64,000 nt of DNA, taken from the IMG/VR virus record IMGVR_UViG_3300028048_003180, positions 32,001 through 96,000 of that record; one strand, 5' to 3'. Below, in pieces: positions 28,568 through 38,100 of this stretch; positions within the stretch are counted from its first letter, which is position 1, and each line of letters begins with the position of its first letter. The notes under the pieces are model-generated. The model saw nothing but the letters and a program-made list of their open reading frames with translations. It had not been told where the DNA came from and ran no database searches. The stretch is from a virus. Taxonomy: Duplodnaviria; Caudoviricetes. Made by a program: the position numbers and the translations under genes.

Positions 28568-28741
28568 ATGGAGAAAAAGGACTATAATATCATTTTGACC
28601 GTAAAGGACGTGGCGGAGCTCTTCAAGGTTGAGGAGCAGACCGTCTACCACTGGGCCAACAACGGAACCCTGCCGTCCTTCAAGATAGGCAAGGTCATCC
28701 GTTTCAGAAGGAATGAAATATTTGGAATGCTTGATATTTAA
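28568..28741 (+). CDS. Cro/excisionase-family HTH protein (57 aa; not in ORF track)
   Basis: MEKKDYNIILTVKDVAELFKVEEQTVYHWANNGTLPSFKIGKVIRFRRNEIFGMLDI; HTH_17 pattern; RBS GAGG. Confidence 0.88.
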   Translation: MEKKDYNIILTVKDVAELFKVEEQTVYHWANNGTLPSFKIGKVIRFRRNEIFGMLDI

Positions 28742-28753
28742 GGAAGGGGCATT

Positions 28754-28886
28754 ATGGACAAGTGGACGGACAATCCTGAAGACAGGACGGTGGATGCCAT
28801 CACGAGGCGTTACAAGGTGTGCAGGAAACGCACGGAGGCACTTTGCAAAAAGCACGGAGGGGATGATTTTTCAGAACCCTTGCCCG
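28754..28886 (+). CDS. Small hypothetical protein whose 3' end is hit by the omegaRNA element
   Basis: RBS AAGGAAGG; the frame runs into the element at GTCAAC. Confidence 0.5.
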
Positions 28887-29150
28887 GTCAACAACCCCCA
28901 CCTAAAGGAAGGGGCTTGCAAAAGCCCTTGTTGACTAGACCAAGTGCTTCGGGCACTACGTTATCCGTGAATACATAGGCACCAGTGGATGTTCGGTCTA
29001 GTCCACTGCTCTGCGGTACATGGTTAAACAGTTCTGAGGGGTAGGAACAGTGCTGTGTACTTAAAACCACGGAATAACATCGTCTAAGACCGCAAACAGA
29101 CCTGGGTAAGTCTGAGCCGGTTCTTGTTACCGGCTGTTAAACTGCCTAAT
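28887..29150 (+). ncRNA. HEARO / IscB omegaRNA scaffold
   Basis: Ordered HEARO motifs: GTCAAC..GGGCTTG..GTTGACTAG..CTACGTT..ATAGGCACC..GGATG..CTAGTCC..CTCTGCGG..GGTTAAACAG..CAGTG..AACAT; 3' end approximate. Confidence 0.85.
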
Positions 29151-29217
29151 TTTTACAGGAGGTAAAAAGGTGCTCCTCCTCCAGCTAAAGCAAGGGGTTT
29201 CCGCACCTTAATTTGCA
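28887..29217 (+). mobile_element. Non-autonomous IS200/IS605 (IscB-type) mini-element lacking iscB
   Basis: Starts GTCAAC with CCCC..CTAAAG..GGGG hairpin; ends CTCCTCCAGCTAAAGCAAGGGGTTTCC followed by ATAAA; RBS AGGAGG followed by no iscB ORF. Confidence 0.8.
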
Positions 29218-29224
29218 ATAAACG

Positions 29225-29257
29225 AAAGCCGTGGGTTGGTTCCTGCGGCTTTTTTTT
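29225..29257 (+). terminator. Intrinsic terminator
   Basis: AAAGCCGTGGG-loop-CCTGCGGCTTT followed by T-run. Confidence 0.8.
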
Positions 29258-29350
29258 GTTACTGAGCCTTAGCTACAGACTTGTAAAAACTTGGCAATAT
29301 AAGAAAGTTTCTTGACTTTATAAAGATTTTTCTGGTAATATATTAAAGTA

Positions 29351-29572
29351 ATGCCACTCCTTAAAATAACAATTCCTTGGAAAACTGCCGGAAGCAAGAA
29401 GAAAATTCGCGAGAGTACAGTCCTTGACGGGGTATTCAACATAGAAAGCCCGTCCGGGAAGTCCGTCTGGTTCAAGCGGGCTGGCAGCAGGTGGCTTTGT
29501 TACTGCGGGAGGGCAAGATTCTTTGACAGCATGACGGGCCTGCTTGAGTGGGCTGATTCTTTTCTGGAGTAG
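29351..29572 (+). CDS. Hypothetical protein
   Basis: ORF directly after TTGACT..TAATAT promoter-like sequence. Confidence 0.55.
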   Translation: MPLLKITIPWKTAGSKKKIRESTVLDGVFNIESPSGKSVWFKRAGSRWLCYCGRARFFDSMTGLLEWADSFLE

Positions 29573-29918
29573 ATTTGTGAAACAGAAGAAGACTGAGAAG
29601 CTTTATAAGGAAATCGTAAAGAAAGAGATTGACGGCGGCATGACCTGCGAGGAGGTCGTAAAAAAATACCCGGTGTCAATGTACTATGCGCGGAAATGGT
29701 CGAACGACGTATACCACAAGAAAGACCTGAACCACTATGTACGCGACAGGTACAAGTGGGTTGTGGACGAGTTCAGCATAAAGCTCGCAGGCTCTCTTGC
29801 TGACGAGCTTCCAGTCTGCATCCAGGAAGACATAACGGACGAGATGTGGGAACGGTGGAACGGGGTTATAAAGCAGAGCCTTTATGACTTCTCTAAGGAA
29901 ATAATCAAGAAAAACTAA
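29544..29918 (+). CDS. Hypothetical protein (possible HTH; start uncertain)
   Basis: ORF in operon with ssb; GMTCEEV.KKY.VS. Confidence 0.55.
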   Translation: MSGLILFWSRFVKQKKTEKLYKEIVKKEIDGGMTCEEVVKKYPVSMYYARKWSNDVYHKKDLNHYVRDRYKWVVDEFSIKLAGSLADELPVCIQEDITDEMWERWNGVIKQSLYDFSKEIIKKN

Positions 29919-29936
29919 TATACACAGGAGATTTTT

Positions 29937-30359
29937 ATGTCAAAGAACACAAACATGGTTGTCGTGTCAGGCAACATCGTAAGGGACGTCGAGCTCAATG
30001 AGTCACAGACTTTAATCCGCTTCTGCATTGCGAACTCCGAGTCAGTGAAGAAGGACGGCAAGTGGGAGGAGTACACCAACTACTTCGACATCAAGGGATT
30101 CGGCGGTACCGTAAAGCTTGCACCTTACCTTGTGAAAGGTACTAAGGTAATCGTTACCGGATCACTCCATCAGGACAGATGGGAGAAGGACGGCCAGAAG
30201 AACAGCCGCATTGTCATTAACTGTAGCAGCCTTGAGTTCGGAGGCAACGGAAAGAAGAAGGCTGAAAGCCAGGATGAAGGTGCACCAGCCGGGAGTTCAG
30301 GAAGCGGAGAGTTCAAAGAAGACCTCCCCTGGGATGAAAACGAAGATATTCCCTTCTAA
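29937..30359 (+). CDS. ssb: Single-stranded DNA-binding protein
   Basis: N.V.VSGNI.RD, YL.KG..V.VTG.L.QDRWEKDGQK; acidic tail EDIPF. Confidence 0.95.
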   Translation: MSKNTNMVVVSGNIVRDVELNESQTLIRFCIANSESVKKDGKWEEYTNYFDIKGFGGTVKLAPYLVKGTKVIVTGSLHQDRWEKDGQKNSRIVINCSSLEFGGNGKKKAESQDEGAPAGSSGSGEFKEDLPWDENEDIPF

Positions 30360-30439
30360 TTCTGATGATGAATACGCGCCGCTGAAGGTTCTCGTAAAAG
30401 CCTTCGGCGGCACAATAACTGACAGTCCGCGAGGTTTCA

Positions 30440-30712
30440 ATGGGTTTTGACAAGAGAGAAGTAAGACGCTGTATCAGGTACACAAAGAACATTCCTGCCG
30501 CTATGGTCCTGTACATTGCAAGGAACGGATGCAACGGATTCAAGTGCAGGGGATGTCCCGTTGGCACTGTCTGCGACCACAGGCCAGTCAACTCAAGGGA
30601 TTATGCTGCCGCCCTTCTTTTAGAGATAAAGAAGCGGTACAGCCTTTGGGGAAGGGTCAAAAGATTCCTTAAAGGGCTGAAGAAAAAAATATTCAGGAAG
30701 GCAAGCGCATGA
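30440..30712 (+). CDS. Cys-containing hypothetical protein
   Basis: C....C..CP...C motif; RBS GAGG. Confidence 0.55.
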   Translation: MGFDKREVRRCIRYTKNIPAAMVLYIARNGCNGFKCRGCPVGTVCDHRPVNSRDYAAALLLEIKKRYSLWGRVKRFLKGLKKKIFRKASA

Positions 30713-31491
30713 TGGCGGTTTTTGCCCAGAGGGTAACGTTCATACTGAACAAGAAGTGCAATGCCCACTGCCCGTTCTGCATACAGCATAGCATGAAAGG
30801 CCTGGAAGATTTACCTGATGACGAGATTTTCAGCAACTTCATTAAGTGTATTGACCATATAGAGGGGATTACCAACATAAACGTGCAGCTCATGGGTGGA
30901 GAGCCTACGCTGTGGAGCCCCTACCTTATCCACAAGATACAGGACAGGCTTGAGAAGTATGAAAGGTACATGATATTTACCAACGGTGCAGACAAAAACT
31001 CCGAGTGGTACAAGGACAAGAAGGCTCTTTTCCTGTGGCACGTCACTGACTGGGACGACGTGAGGGTGCTTGAGTGGAAGGACAATGAGCAGCCGAAAAT
31101 AGTAGTTACGCACAAGAACATAGACAGGCTTGAGGAGTTCCTCGAGGTGAATTATAGGCTCAACAGGGAGAGGGGTATAACAATCTCTCCATGCGTGGAG
31201 TCAGGGGAACTGACCGCGACCCCGGAGGACATCATAAGGATAGCGGAGCTTCAGGTAAAGACGGAGAGCCGCTACAAGAACATGGTGCTTCTTGCCGAGT
31301 GCTTAAAAAGGGGCAATATGGGCAACTGGAGACAGGCCTGCAAGAGATTCGAGACGACATGGAACGTTGACTGCCAGACAATGACGGTAGAGCCATGCTG
31401 CGGCAACAACTACGAGAGGAAACTTTACCCCCTTGAGGAGTTCACAGGTCAGAAACCGGAAGACTGCGGGAACTGTGTGTACGCTCTTTAG
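30709..31491 (+). CDS. Radical SAM protein with Cys-rich (SPASM-like) C-terminus
   Basis: CNAHCPFC (CxxxCxxC), GGEPTL, FTNG; C-terminal C...PCC...C..C. Confidence 0.88.
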   Translation: MMAVFAQRVTFILNKKCNAHCPFCIQHSMKGLEDLPDDEIFSNFIKCIDHIEGITNINVQLMGGEPTLWSPYLIHKIQDRLEKYERYMIFTNGADKNSEWYKDKKALFLWHVTDWDDVRVLEWKDNEQPKIVVTHKNIDRLEEFLEVNYRLNRERGITISPCVESGELTATPEDIIRIAELQVKTESRYKNMVLLAECLKRGNMGNWRQACKRFETTWNVDCQTMTVEPCCGNNYERKLYPLEEFTGQKPEDCGNCVYAL

Positions 31492-31540
31492 GTTGGCAAA
31501 AAAAATAAATGCGTTTACGCTCCGATAAACGGAGGCTTTT

Positions 31541-32551
31541 ATGGCTAAGGAAATAAAGACAGAAGACAGGAAGTTCATAAAATACTGGCTGAAGCACACT
31601 GAGGCCCCTGTCACAAGGACGACACTGGGAACTGGTGCGGTGGAAGTGAGTGTCGGTGACATTACCGAGACTACATACTGGTACCATGAAAGTACGGACG
31701 AAATCCCGAACAGTTTTGTTGACGATATAATCACTACAGGGAAGGACTGCAAGGGCACCGTTGACGAAAAGTTCTGGACTCAGACAGATGAGGAAACCTA
31801 CGCGGCTGAAACCCTCACTTCCATAAGGGAGGACGTGTGGCAGATTAACACCGACAAAGTGACTGACACGGAAGGGGTTCTTGACGTTGAGTATACGCAT
31901 GAATACTCATGGAGCACCTACGACGGGACTAAGGACGTTGAGTACAGAGTTGCAGGAGTCTGCAAGGACTGCAAGTTCTACAAGCCGAACACAGAGATTC
32001 CAGAAGAAGAGCCAGAACCCGAACCAGAGCCTAGTCCAGACCCAGAGCCGACACCAGGGCCAGGCAATGACCCAGCCCCAGGGACAGACCCTAATGACCC
32101 AAGCTCTGACCCGTCAGACCCTAGCGGAGACCCAGACCCTACTCCAGATCCCGACCTTGAGCCGGAACCTACACCAACTCCAGGACCTGAACCGGAACCC
32201 AAGCCTGAAAAGAAGGGGGATGATTACTGGCTGCACCATCTGCCGCACAGATGCCATAGGCTTGACTGGCGCAAGGTTTGTATGGACGGCATGTGTACGA
32301 AGGTCAAGAAGATTGACTATATAGACGGCAAGGAGACAAACTCCAGCTGCTTTGAGCGCAACTATTACGGTGAGTGCCCTGACTATGAGCCGTTTGAGGA
32401 AGAGGAAAATACAGACCCTGTAGACCCAGGTACAGACCCTGTTGACCCGGACAATCCGAATACTGACCCGGTTGACCCTGACCCCAACAACGACCCGTCA
32501 GGCGGTACTGATCCAGACCCGAACACTGACCCGGACCCAAACAATCCGTAG
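31541..32551 (+). CDS. Acidic protein with Pro/Asp/Glu low-complexity repeats and Cys clusters
   Basis: PEPEPEPSPDPEPTPGPG and (T)DPVDP repeats; CKDCKFY and C...N..G.C..Y; RBS GGAGG. Confidence 0.7.
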   Translation: MAKEIKTEDRKFIKYWLKHTEAPVTRTTLGTGAVEVSVGDITETTYWYHESTDEIPNSFVDDIITTGKDCKGTVDEKFWTQTDEETYAAETLTSIREDVWQINTDKVTDTEGVLDVEYTHEYSWSTYDGTKDVEYRVAGVCKDCKFYKPNTEIPEEEPEPEPEPSPDPEPTPGPGNDPAPGTDPNDPSSDPSDPSGDPDPTPDPDLEPEPTPTPGPEPEPKPEKKGDDYWLHHLPHRCHRLDWRKVCMDGMCTKVKKIDYIDGKETNSSCFERNYYGECPDYEPFEEEENTDPVDPGTDPVDPDNPNTDPVDPDPNNDPSGGTDPDPNTDPDPNNP

Positions 32552-32559
32552 GAACTGAA

Positions 32560-32739
32560 ATGACAAAGAGACAGGTATTGGACTTGAAGGACGACCTTAC
32601 AGACCTGAACAACAACCTCATTACGCTTGTGAATGGGGTTGAGTTTGATGACAGGAAAATGGTCAAGCCACTGGAAAAGATAAGCAACGAGCTGAACAGC
32701 TTCATAGCAAAGCTTGAAGCTTTGTCTTGGGAGGATTGA
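32560..32739 (+). CDS. Small hypothetical protein (59 aa; not in ORF track)
   Basis: MTKRQVLDLKDDLTDLNNNL...LSWED*; fills the gap between operon genes. Confidence 0.55.
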   Translation: MTKRQVLDLKDDLTDLNNNLITLVNGVEFDDRKMVKPLEKISNELNSFIAKLEALSWED

Positions 32740-33270
32740 GTGACGAGGAAGGAATTAGCCGCCCTTATAGATACAAACTACGGCGACAGCATGGTGAGCT
32801 CGGCAGTGCAGCAGGCAGCAAAGGAAATGCCGTCTATTGCCGAAAAGTTCACGCATAACCTCCACATCCAGTCCTCATTTACGAAGGAAGAAATTCTCTT
32901 CATCTGCACTTTCATAAGGCCAAAGCTTAATCCCGTTCAGATAGCCCTTATTGAAGACAACTATATTGAGCATGACACCCACTTCATCAAGGAAAAGAGG
33001 AAAATCTACATATCTGGTACGGAAAAGTACCTTGAGAAGCTGAGGAAAAGCCCGAAGTTCCAAAGCTGTGCGAACTGCATATACCTTAAGGGGAAAAGCA
33101 TCCGCTCGGGGACTACGAAGCTTGTCCCGTTCTGCTCATTCTACAACAGGTACATACACATGATTAAGATTGAGTTGAAGAACCGTACCAGGCAGGCGGA
33201 TATATTCAAGGATAAGTGCCAGACTTACAGGCACGGCGAGGTGAAACTTTTTTACAGGAAGGGATATTAA
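32740..33270 (+). CDS. Hypothetical protein with Cys motif
   Basis: RBS GGAGG; CANC.Y...C.FY...C. Confidence 0.6.
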   Translation: MTRKELAALIDTNYGDSMVSSAVQQAAKEMPSIAEKFTHNLHIQSSFTKEEILFICTFIRPKLNPVQIALIEDNYIEHDTHFIKEKRKIYISGTEKYLEKLRKSPKFQSCANCIYLKGKSIRSGTTKLVPFCSFYNRYIHMIKIELKNRTRQADIFKDKCQTYRHGEVKLFYRKGY

Positions 33271-33330
33271 ATGATACCAGATATGGCAAGATAGCTGCCA
33301 TCCCTTTAGGGTGGCTGGTGAATTGCCATA

Positions 33331-33735
33331 TTATCCTTGATTTTTTATATAATTTTGTAATGTCTTCTCTGAAACATCTCCAATAGTTGAAATAAAATAA
33401 CCTCTAGTCCACAAATAATGCTTTCCGCTCCAATAATATCTGGATAAATAAGCATTATGTTTTTTCCATAAATCATAGGTGGAAACAGATTTCAGTTTAT
33501 TTATCATTTCATAAATTACTGTTGTTGGAGTTGCCGTTATAAGAAAATGAATATGGTCTTTGTCTATCTCCATAGTCTCTATATGCCATTTATCCTGTAA
33601 AGACTCCGCTCTTTTCATTGAATTTAAAACATCATCTCTGATATCTGTTAAGCATTTTGTTCTGTATTTAGTAGAGAAGATAACATGGTATCTTAGTTTG
33701 AATTTTTCGTGATTCAATGTTTCATATTCACTCAT
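33331..33735 (-). CDS. tnpA: IS200-type Y1 transposase
   Basis: YHVIFSTKYR, DHIH (HUH), LWTRGYF.ST.G, YIKNQ. Confidence 0.95.
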   Translation of the reverse strand: MSEYETLNHEKFKLRYHVIFSTKYRTKCLTDIRDDVLNSMKRAESLQDKWHIETMEIDKDHIHFLITATPTTVIYEMINKLKSVSTYDLWKKHNAYLSRYYWSGKHYLWTRGYFISTIGDVSEKTLQNYIKNQG

Positions 33736-33823
33736 AAATATAATTTATAAAAAGTTAGTATATTTTGCAATATTTACTCAAACAGTATTTGCTTTTTTCT
33801 ACTAAGTTTATTATATTAAAGAT

Positions 33824-35125
33824 ATGTGTAAGACACGAGAAGAGAAAAACAAGCAGATTGCTCAGACAATAAAGGCTACCTATGAGAAAAGAGCCTCTCA
33901 GGTTTGTCGTGTCTTTACAGTAAAGATTCAGGATAATCAACTGTCTAAAGTTCAAAAAGAACAGTTGAAAATGATTTTTGTAGAAGCAAAGTGGTTAAAA
34001 AATTCAATTCTTGCTTGGATAAAAGAAAATCCAGAAAATAAAGTTTGGGATTACGATACAAAGAAGAAGACCATCATTCATAAAGATAAGGATATGAATG
34101 ATGTCGAAGTTGAATTGAAATATATTCCTGCCTCTGTGAAGCAGTGTGTTCAATCAGAAATAATTTCAAACATCAGGACAATCATTACATTGCAGAAGAA
34201 AGGCTTCCAGTCTGGCGGGCATCTCAAGTTTGTAAAAGAAGTCTCATCTGTCAATTTCAAACAGTATGGGAAAACCCATAAGATAATATCCTCAAAAAGA
34301 ATTAAGTTACAGGGTATATCAGGTTCTCTGATGGTAAACGGACTCAAGCAGTTCTTGAATAAAAATCTTGAATATGCAAATGCAAAATTACTGAATACAC
34401 CGCAGGGGTATTACGTTCAGTTCACGACTTATGTAGATAAATCGAAGATAGCAAATAAACAGACCAATGGTAAGGTTTTAGGTATAGATTTCGGATGCGA
34501 GACATCCTTCACTACAAGTGAGGGTGAAAAAATCGAAGCTTCAGTTCAAGAAAGTGAGCGTATCAAGCGTCTTTCATTAAGAATGAACAAACGTCAAAAG
34601 AAAGGCTCAAAGAACTGGTGGCGGACAGTGCATCTGTTACGAAAAGAATACCAGAAACTTACCAACCAGAAAAACGACCTTGCCAACAAACTTGTTGCAA
34701 AATTCTCTGAATATGACACTGTTATTATTCAGGATGAACAGCTTAGTAATTGGCATAAAGGCAATCACGGGAAGAAAGTTCAGCGCTCAGTATTAGGAAG
34801 AGTAAAATCAAAGCTTCTTCTTAAGTCTAATGTAGTAGTCCTGTCAAAGAATTGTCCTACGACAAAATTGTGTACAAAATGTGGACAATGGCATGATGAA
34901 ATGAGAGTTTGGAACAGGATTTTCAAATGTGACTGCGGAGTTGAAATGGATAGAGATATTCATGCGGCTCAGAATATGGTCTGGTTTTATGAAAATAAAG
35001 TAGGTGTGGGACGCACCAATTTCAAGCGTGTGGAGATTAAAGCACTTGTATCAGAGGCTCTTGCTTCTGGTATCAAACTCGAATCTGTGAAGCACGAAGC
35101 TGACATGGCTTTAGCCTGTCAGTAG
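33824..35125 (+). CDS. tnpB: TnpB RNA-guided endonuclease
   Basis: LGIDFG (RuvC-I), IIQDE (RuvC-II region), TTKLCTKCG..FKCDCG zinc finger, DRDIHAAQN (RuvC-III). Confidence 0.92.
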   Translation: MCKTREEKNKQIAQTIKATYEKRASQVCRVFTVKIQDNQLSKVQKEQLKMIFVEAKWLKNSILAWIKENPENKVWDYDTKKKTIIHKDKDMNDVEVELKYIPASVKQCVQSEIISNIRTIITLQKKGFQSGGHLKFVKEVSSVNFKQYGKTHKIISSKRIKLQGISGSLMVNGLKQFLNKNLEYANAKLLNTPQGYYVQFTTYVDKSKIANKQTNGKVLGIDFGCETSFTTSEGEKIEASVQESERIKRLSLRMNKRQKKGSKNWWRTVHLLRKEYQKLTNQKNDLANKLVAKFSEYDTVIIQDEQLSNWHKGNHGKKVQRSVLGRVKSKLLLKSNVVVLSKNCPTTKLCTKCGQWHDEMRVWNRIFKCDCGVEMDRDIHAAQNMVWFYENKVGVGRTNFKRVEIKALVSEALASGIKLESVKHEADMALACQ

Positions 35126-35180
35126 TTCACTATTCACTTCCTTGGGAACACTGGGCAGACTCATTAGGCAATGTAATCCG

Positions 35181-38100
35181 CTAAAGCTCAATCCTCTGGG
35201 TGATTATGTCCTTCAGTTCCTGAGAGTGGGTAATGAGTACGGTCTTGTCCGCACCTCCCTCCTCATGGACAGTCTCTATCATCTTCAGGTACTTAAGCTT
35301 TGAGTCATGGTCGAGTGCTCCGTCAGTCTCGTCAAGGAACCTTGTCCTGAAACCTGCCGACTGGGAGCGGCTCCTTATGATTGAGAAGGCATGGTAGAGG
35401 GCTTCCTTTATCCATGTCCCCTCACCTCCTGAAACCCACTCCAAAGGCCTTGTGACGCTTGTTTCCGTGTTTTCAACTAATATGTCAAAAACTTCGATGT
35501 AAGCCCCTGTAGAGCCCTTCCTGAGCGTCTGGAAGGATATTTTGAACTTGTCTCCGTATGCTGATTCCAGTATGCGGTTCGTTATGTCTGCAACGTCAGG
35601 AGCGGCGGCTTCAAGCTCCAGTGCCTGTATGCCGTTTGCTCCGAAGGCCCGCTCAAGAAACTCCCATTCAGTCTGCTCGTGCACAAGGGTTTCCCTTTCT
35701 TCCTTTAGCTGCTCATTAGTTTCTTTTGCTTCTTTTAGCTGGGCAGCTTCCTGTGTTATCTTGCCTGACTCTACGAGCAGTTCCTGGAGTTCACCTTCGG
35801 CAGAGGTAAGGGAATCTTCTACGGACTTCATCTTTCCGGCAACGTCAGGGCCCAAACCTTCCTTCTGCTTCTTCAGCTGGGACAGTTCCTTTTCAAGCGT
35901 TGATGTCTTCTTGGTGTATACTGACAGGTATTCGTTCAGGGCATTTAAGTCTGTAGACTCGGCTTCCATCTTCAGGAGGGAGGCTTCGTCCGGGATTCCG
36001 AGTTCAGAGATTTCTTTTTCGTCCTTTTCGTTCTCTCTCTCCAGCCACTTGACCCCTCGGTTGGTGTCGGCCAATTCTTTGGCTATAAGGTCATGGGCTT
36101 CCTGTGCTGCAAGGAGCATTGACTCTGCCTTTTCAAGAGCCTTGCGGTTCTTTACAGCCTGCTTTTCCAGTTCTGCAACCTTTTCGGCAGGGAGTTTCTG
36201 TCCACAGGTAGGGCACGTGTCTGCTATGTCAGTGACCAGGTTCCTCTTTGCCGTAACGTCCGCCTTCGCGTCCGCAAGATTCGTGTAGGCTTCCTTTTCC
36301 TTTGCTTCCAGGCTTCTTACCTCTTCCCTGTTGGCATCCAGGAGTGGCTGCCTTTCACTTATTCTATTGCGTATGGAATCTGCCTTTTCGAGAAGAGGCT
36401 TTATTTTTTCGTACTTGCCGAAGTTTTCCTTCTTACTTGTGTAGGTTGCAAGGAGCCCCTTCGTTTCAAGGAGCTGCGATTCCTTCTCGCGGATTTTACT
36501 GTCTACATCAGTTCCTGAATCCGTTTTCTTCAGGCCGTCAAGCTCTGCATTGAGTTTTTTGATTTCATCCCGCAGGACCTTTATGCGCTTGTCAACTTCC
36601 TTTCCGTGAGCAAGGACTTCCTTTATCATTGCGTCGTAATCCGAATCGTCAATGAGGGTTTCCTTTTCCGTAATCTTGGCCTTGAGTTCCTTTGACTTCT
36701 CCCTTGAGGCGGCTGATATTTCAGAGGCAGATTCAGTGCCGAGCAGGGAGTTGAAGAAGCTTTTCTTTTCACCTTTTGTCGCTGATGCAATGTCAGTTAC
36801 GCTTCCCGTGTTTCCCTTTGTGTAGAATACGGTGCGCAGGAACAGTTCTATTGAACCGAATGTGTTGACCACCCATTCATTGTACTGGTCAACGTTACCG
36901 TCCAATCCGTCAACAGGGTTGAGGTTGTCGGGGTTTTCCCCTGTGAAGGCAAACGCTTTTACCTTGCCGCTTTTGTTCTTGCCGTCGATGTCAATTCTTA
37001 TGCGGTAGTATGTCCCGCCTTCGTCAACGTAAAGGAGTTCCCTGTATGAGTCACGGAGGAAGAAGTGGTCTTGTAAACGTCCGTTCCTTGTAAGCATACG
37101 GAGGTACGGCTGGCAGTTCTCAATAAGGGTGGAATTATGACTAATATATCCACTTGAATAAAACTGATGAGTAGAGGGAATTGTAAAGTCGTAAACAATT
37201 TTCTTATCATTAAATACTTCTTTTTTTGTAATTTTTGAAAAGAAATAATTCTTTGAAAGTATTAATTTGAACAAACTGTTTAGTTCTTTTACTTCTGGTA
37301 TTTCACTGTTATCAGACAATGATTTCAGTAATTCAAGTTTTTTATAGGAGATATTATATTTTTTTTGGAAAAGCCGACTCGGTAAAGGTGTAATATATAT
37401 CTTGCCATTTTCGGAGTGAAAATGTCCATTATGTAAAACAGTTAGTTTTTTTCTTATATAAGGATTTATATAAGGAATAATATCTTTATTTGGATTAACA
37501 TCCTTCGTTCTTTTATAATTGTATTTTAATGACTTATTTATTAAACAAATCAAATTTTCAACATTCAAAGAACGGACTACAATTTTGTGATAAATCCAAT
37601 CATAAGATTTTACCTTTTTTAACCCATGAGTAGATACTATTCCAAAGTTAAGTAACATATTTTGAACCGAATTCGCAATTTGCTTACTGGCAGTTGAAAA
37701 TTCAAAATAATCGTTACATAAACATCCGTCACAGTCAAACAATGCTGTTAAAAAAGCGACTTGCTCTTCTTTCGTGCCTTGTAAAATACAATTCGGAATA
37801 ATTTTGTAACGGGCAGTTGTAAGAGCTTCGTTAAAAATATATTCCAAAAACTGTCTTATTACGGAAGAGAAAATTCTAAGATTTGAATCTTTCTGAAGAT
37901 TTGTAGGCTTGGAAATATTTATATTAAACAATGATTTGACTGTTTTAATATAATCATCTGCTATCTTTTTATTTTTCGTTGAAAACTGGATAGAGTTTCC
38001 TGTATGAGATCCGTTTGCAATGTAATATCCCAAAAATTTTGCCAACTGAATTGACATCTTTGTAGGAAGATTCACCTTATTTGTACTTCTCCACATAAAT

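Larger units (their letters stand above)
33276..35130 (+). mobile_element. IS200/IS605-family element (divergent tnpA + tnpB)
   Basis: Left end follows ATGAT with GCCATCCCTTTAGGGTGGC hairpin; right end GGCTTTAGCC hairpin ending GTTCAC; AT-rich relative to flanks. Confidence 0.85.

Noticed and set aside
28887-29217. IStron or intact iscB
   Set aside because: Too short; no intron core and no PLMP/RRXRR coding remnant
31990-32545. Tandem GACCC-rich repeats as a non-coding array
   Set aside because: In-frame Pro/Asp codon repeats within ORF 31541-32551
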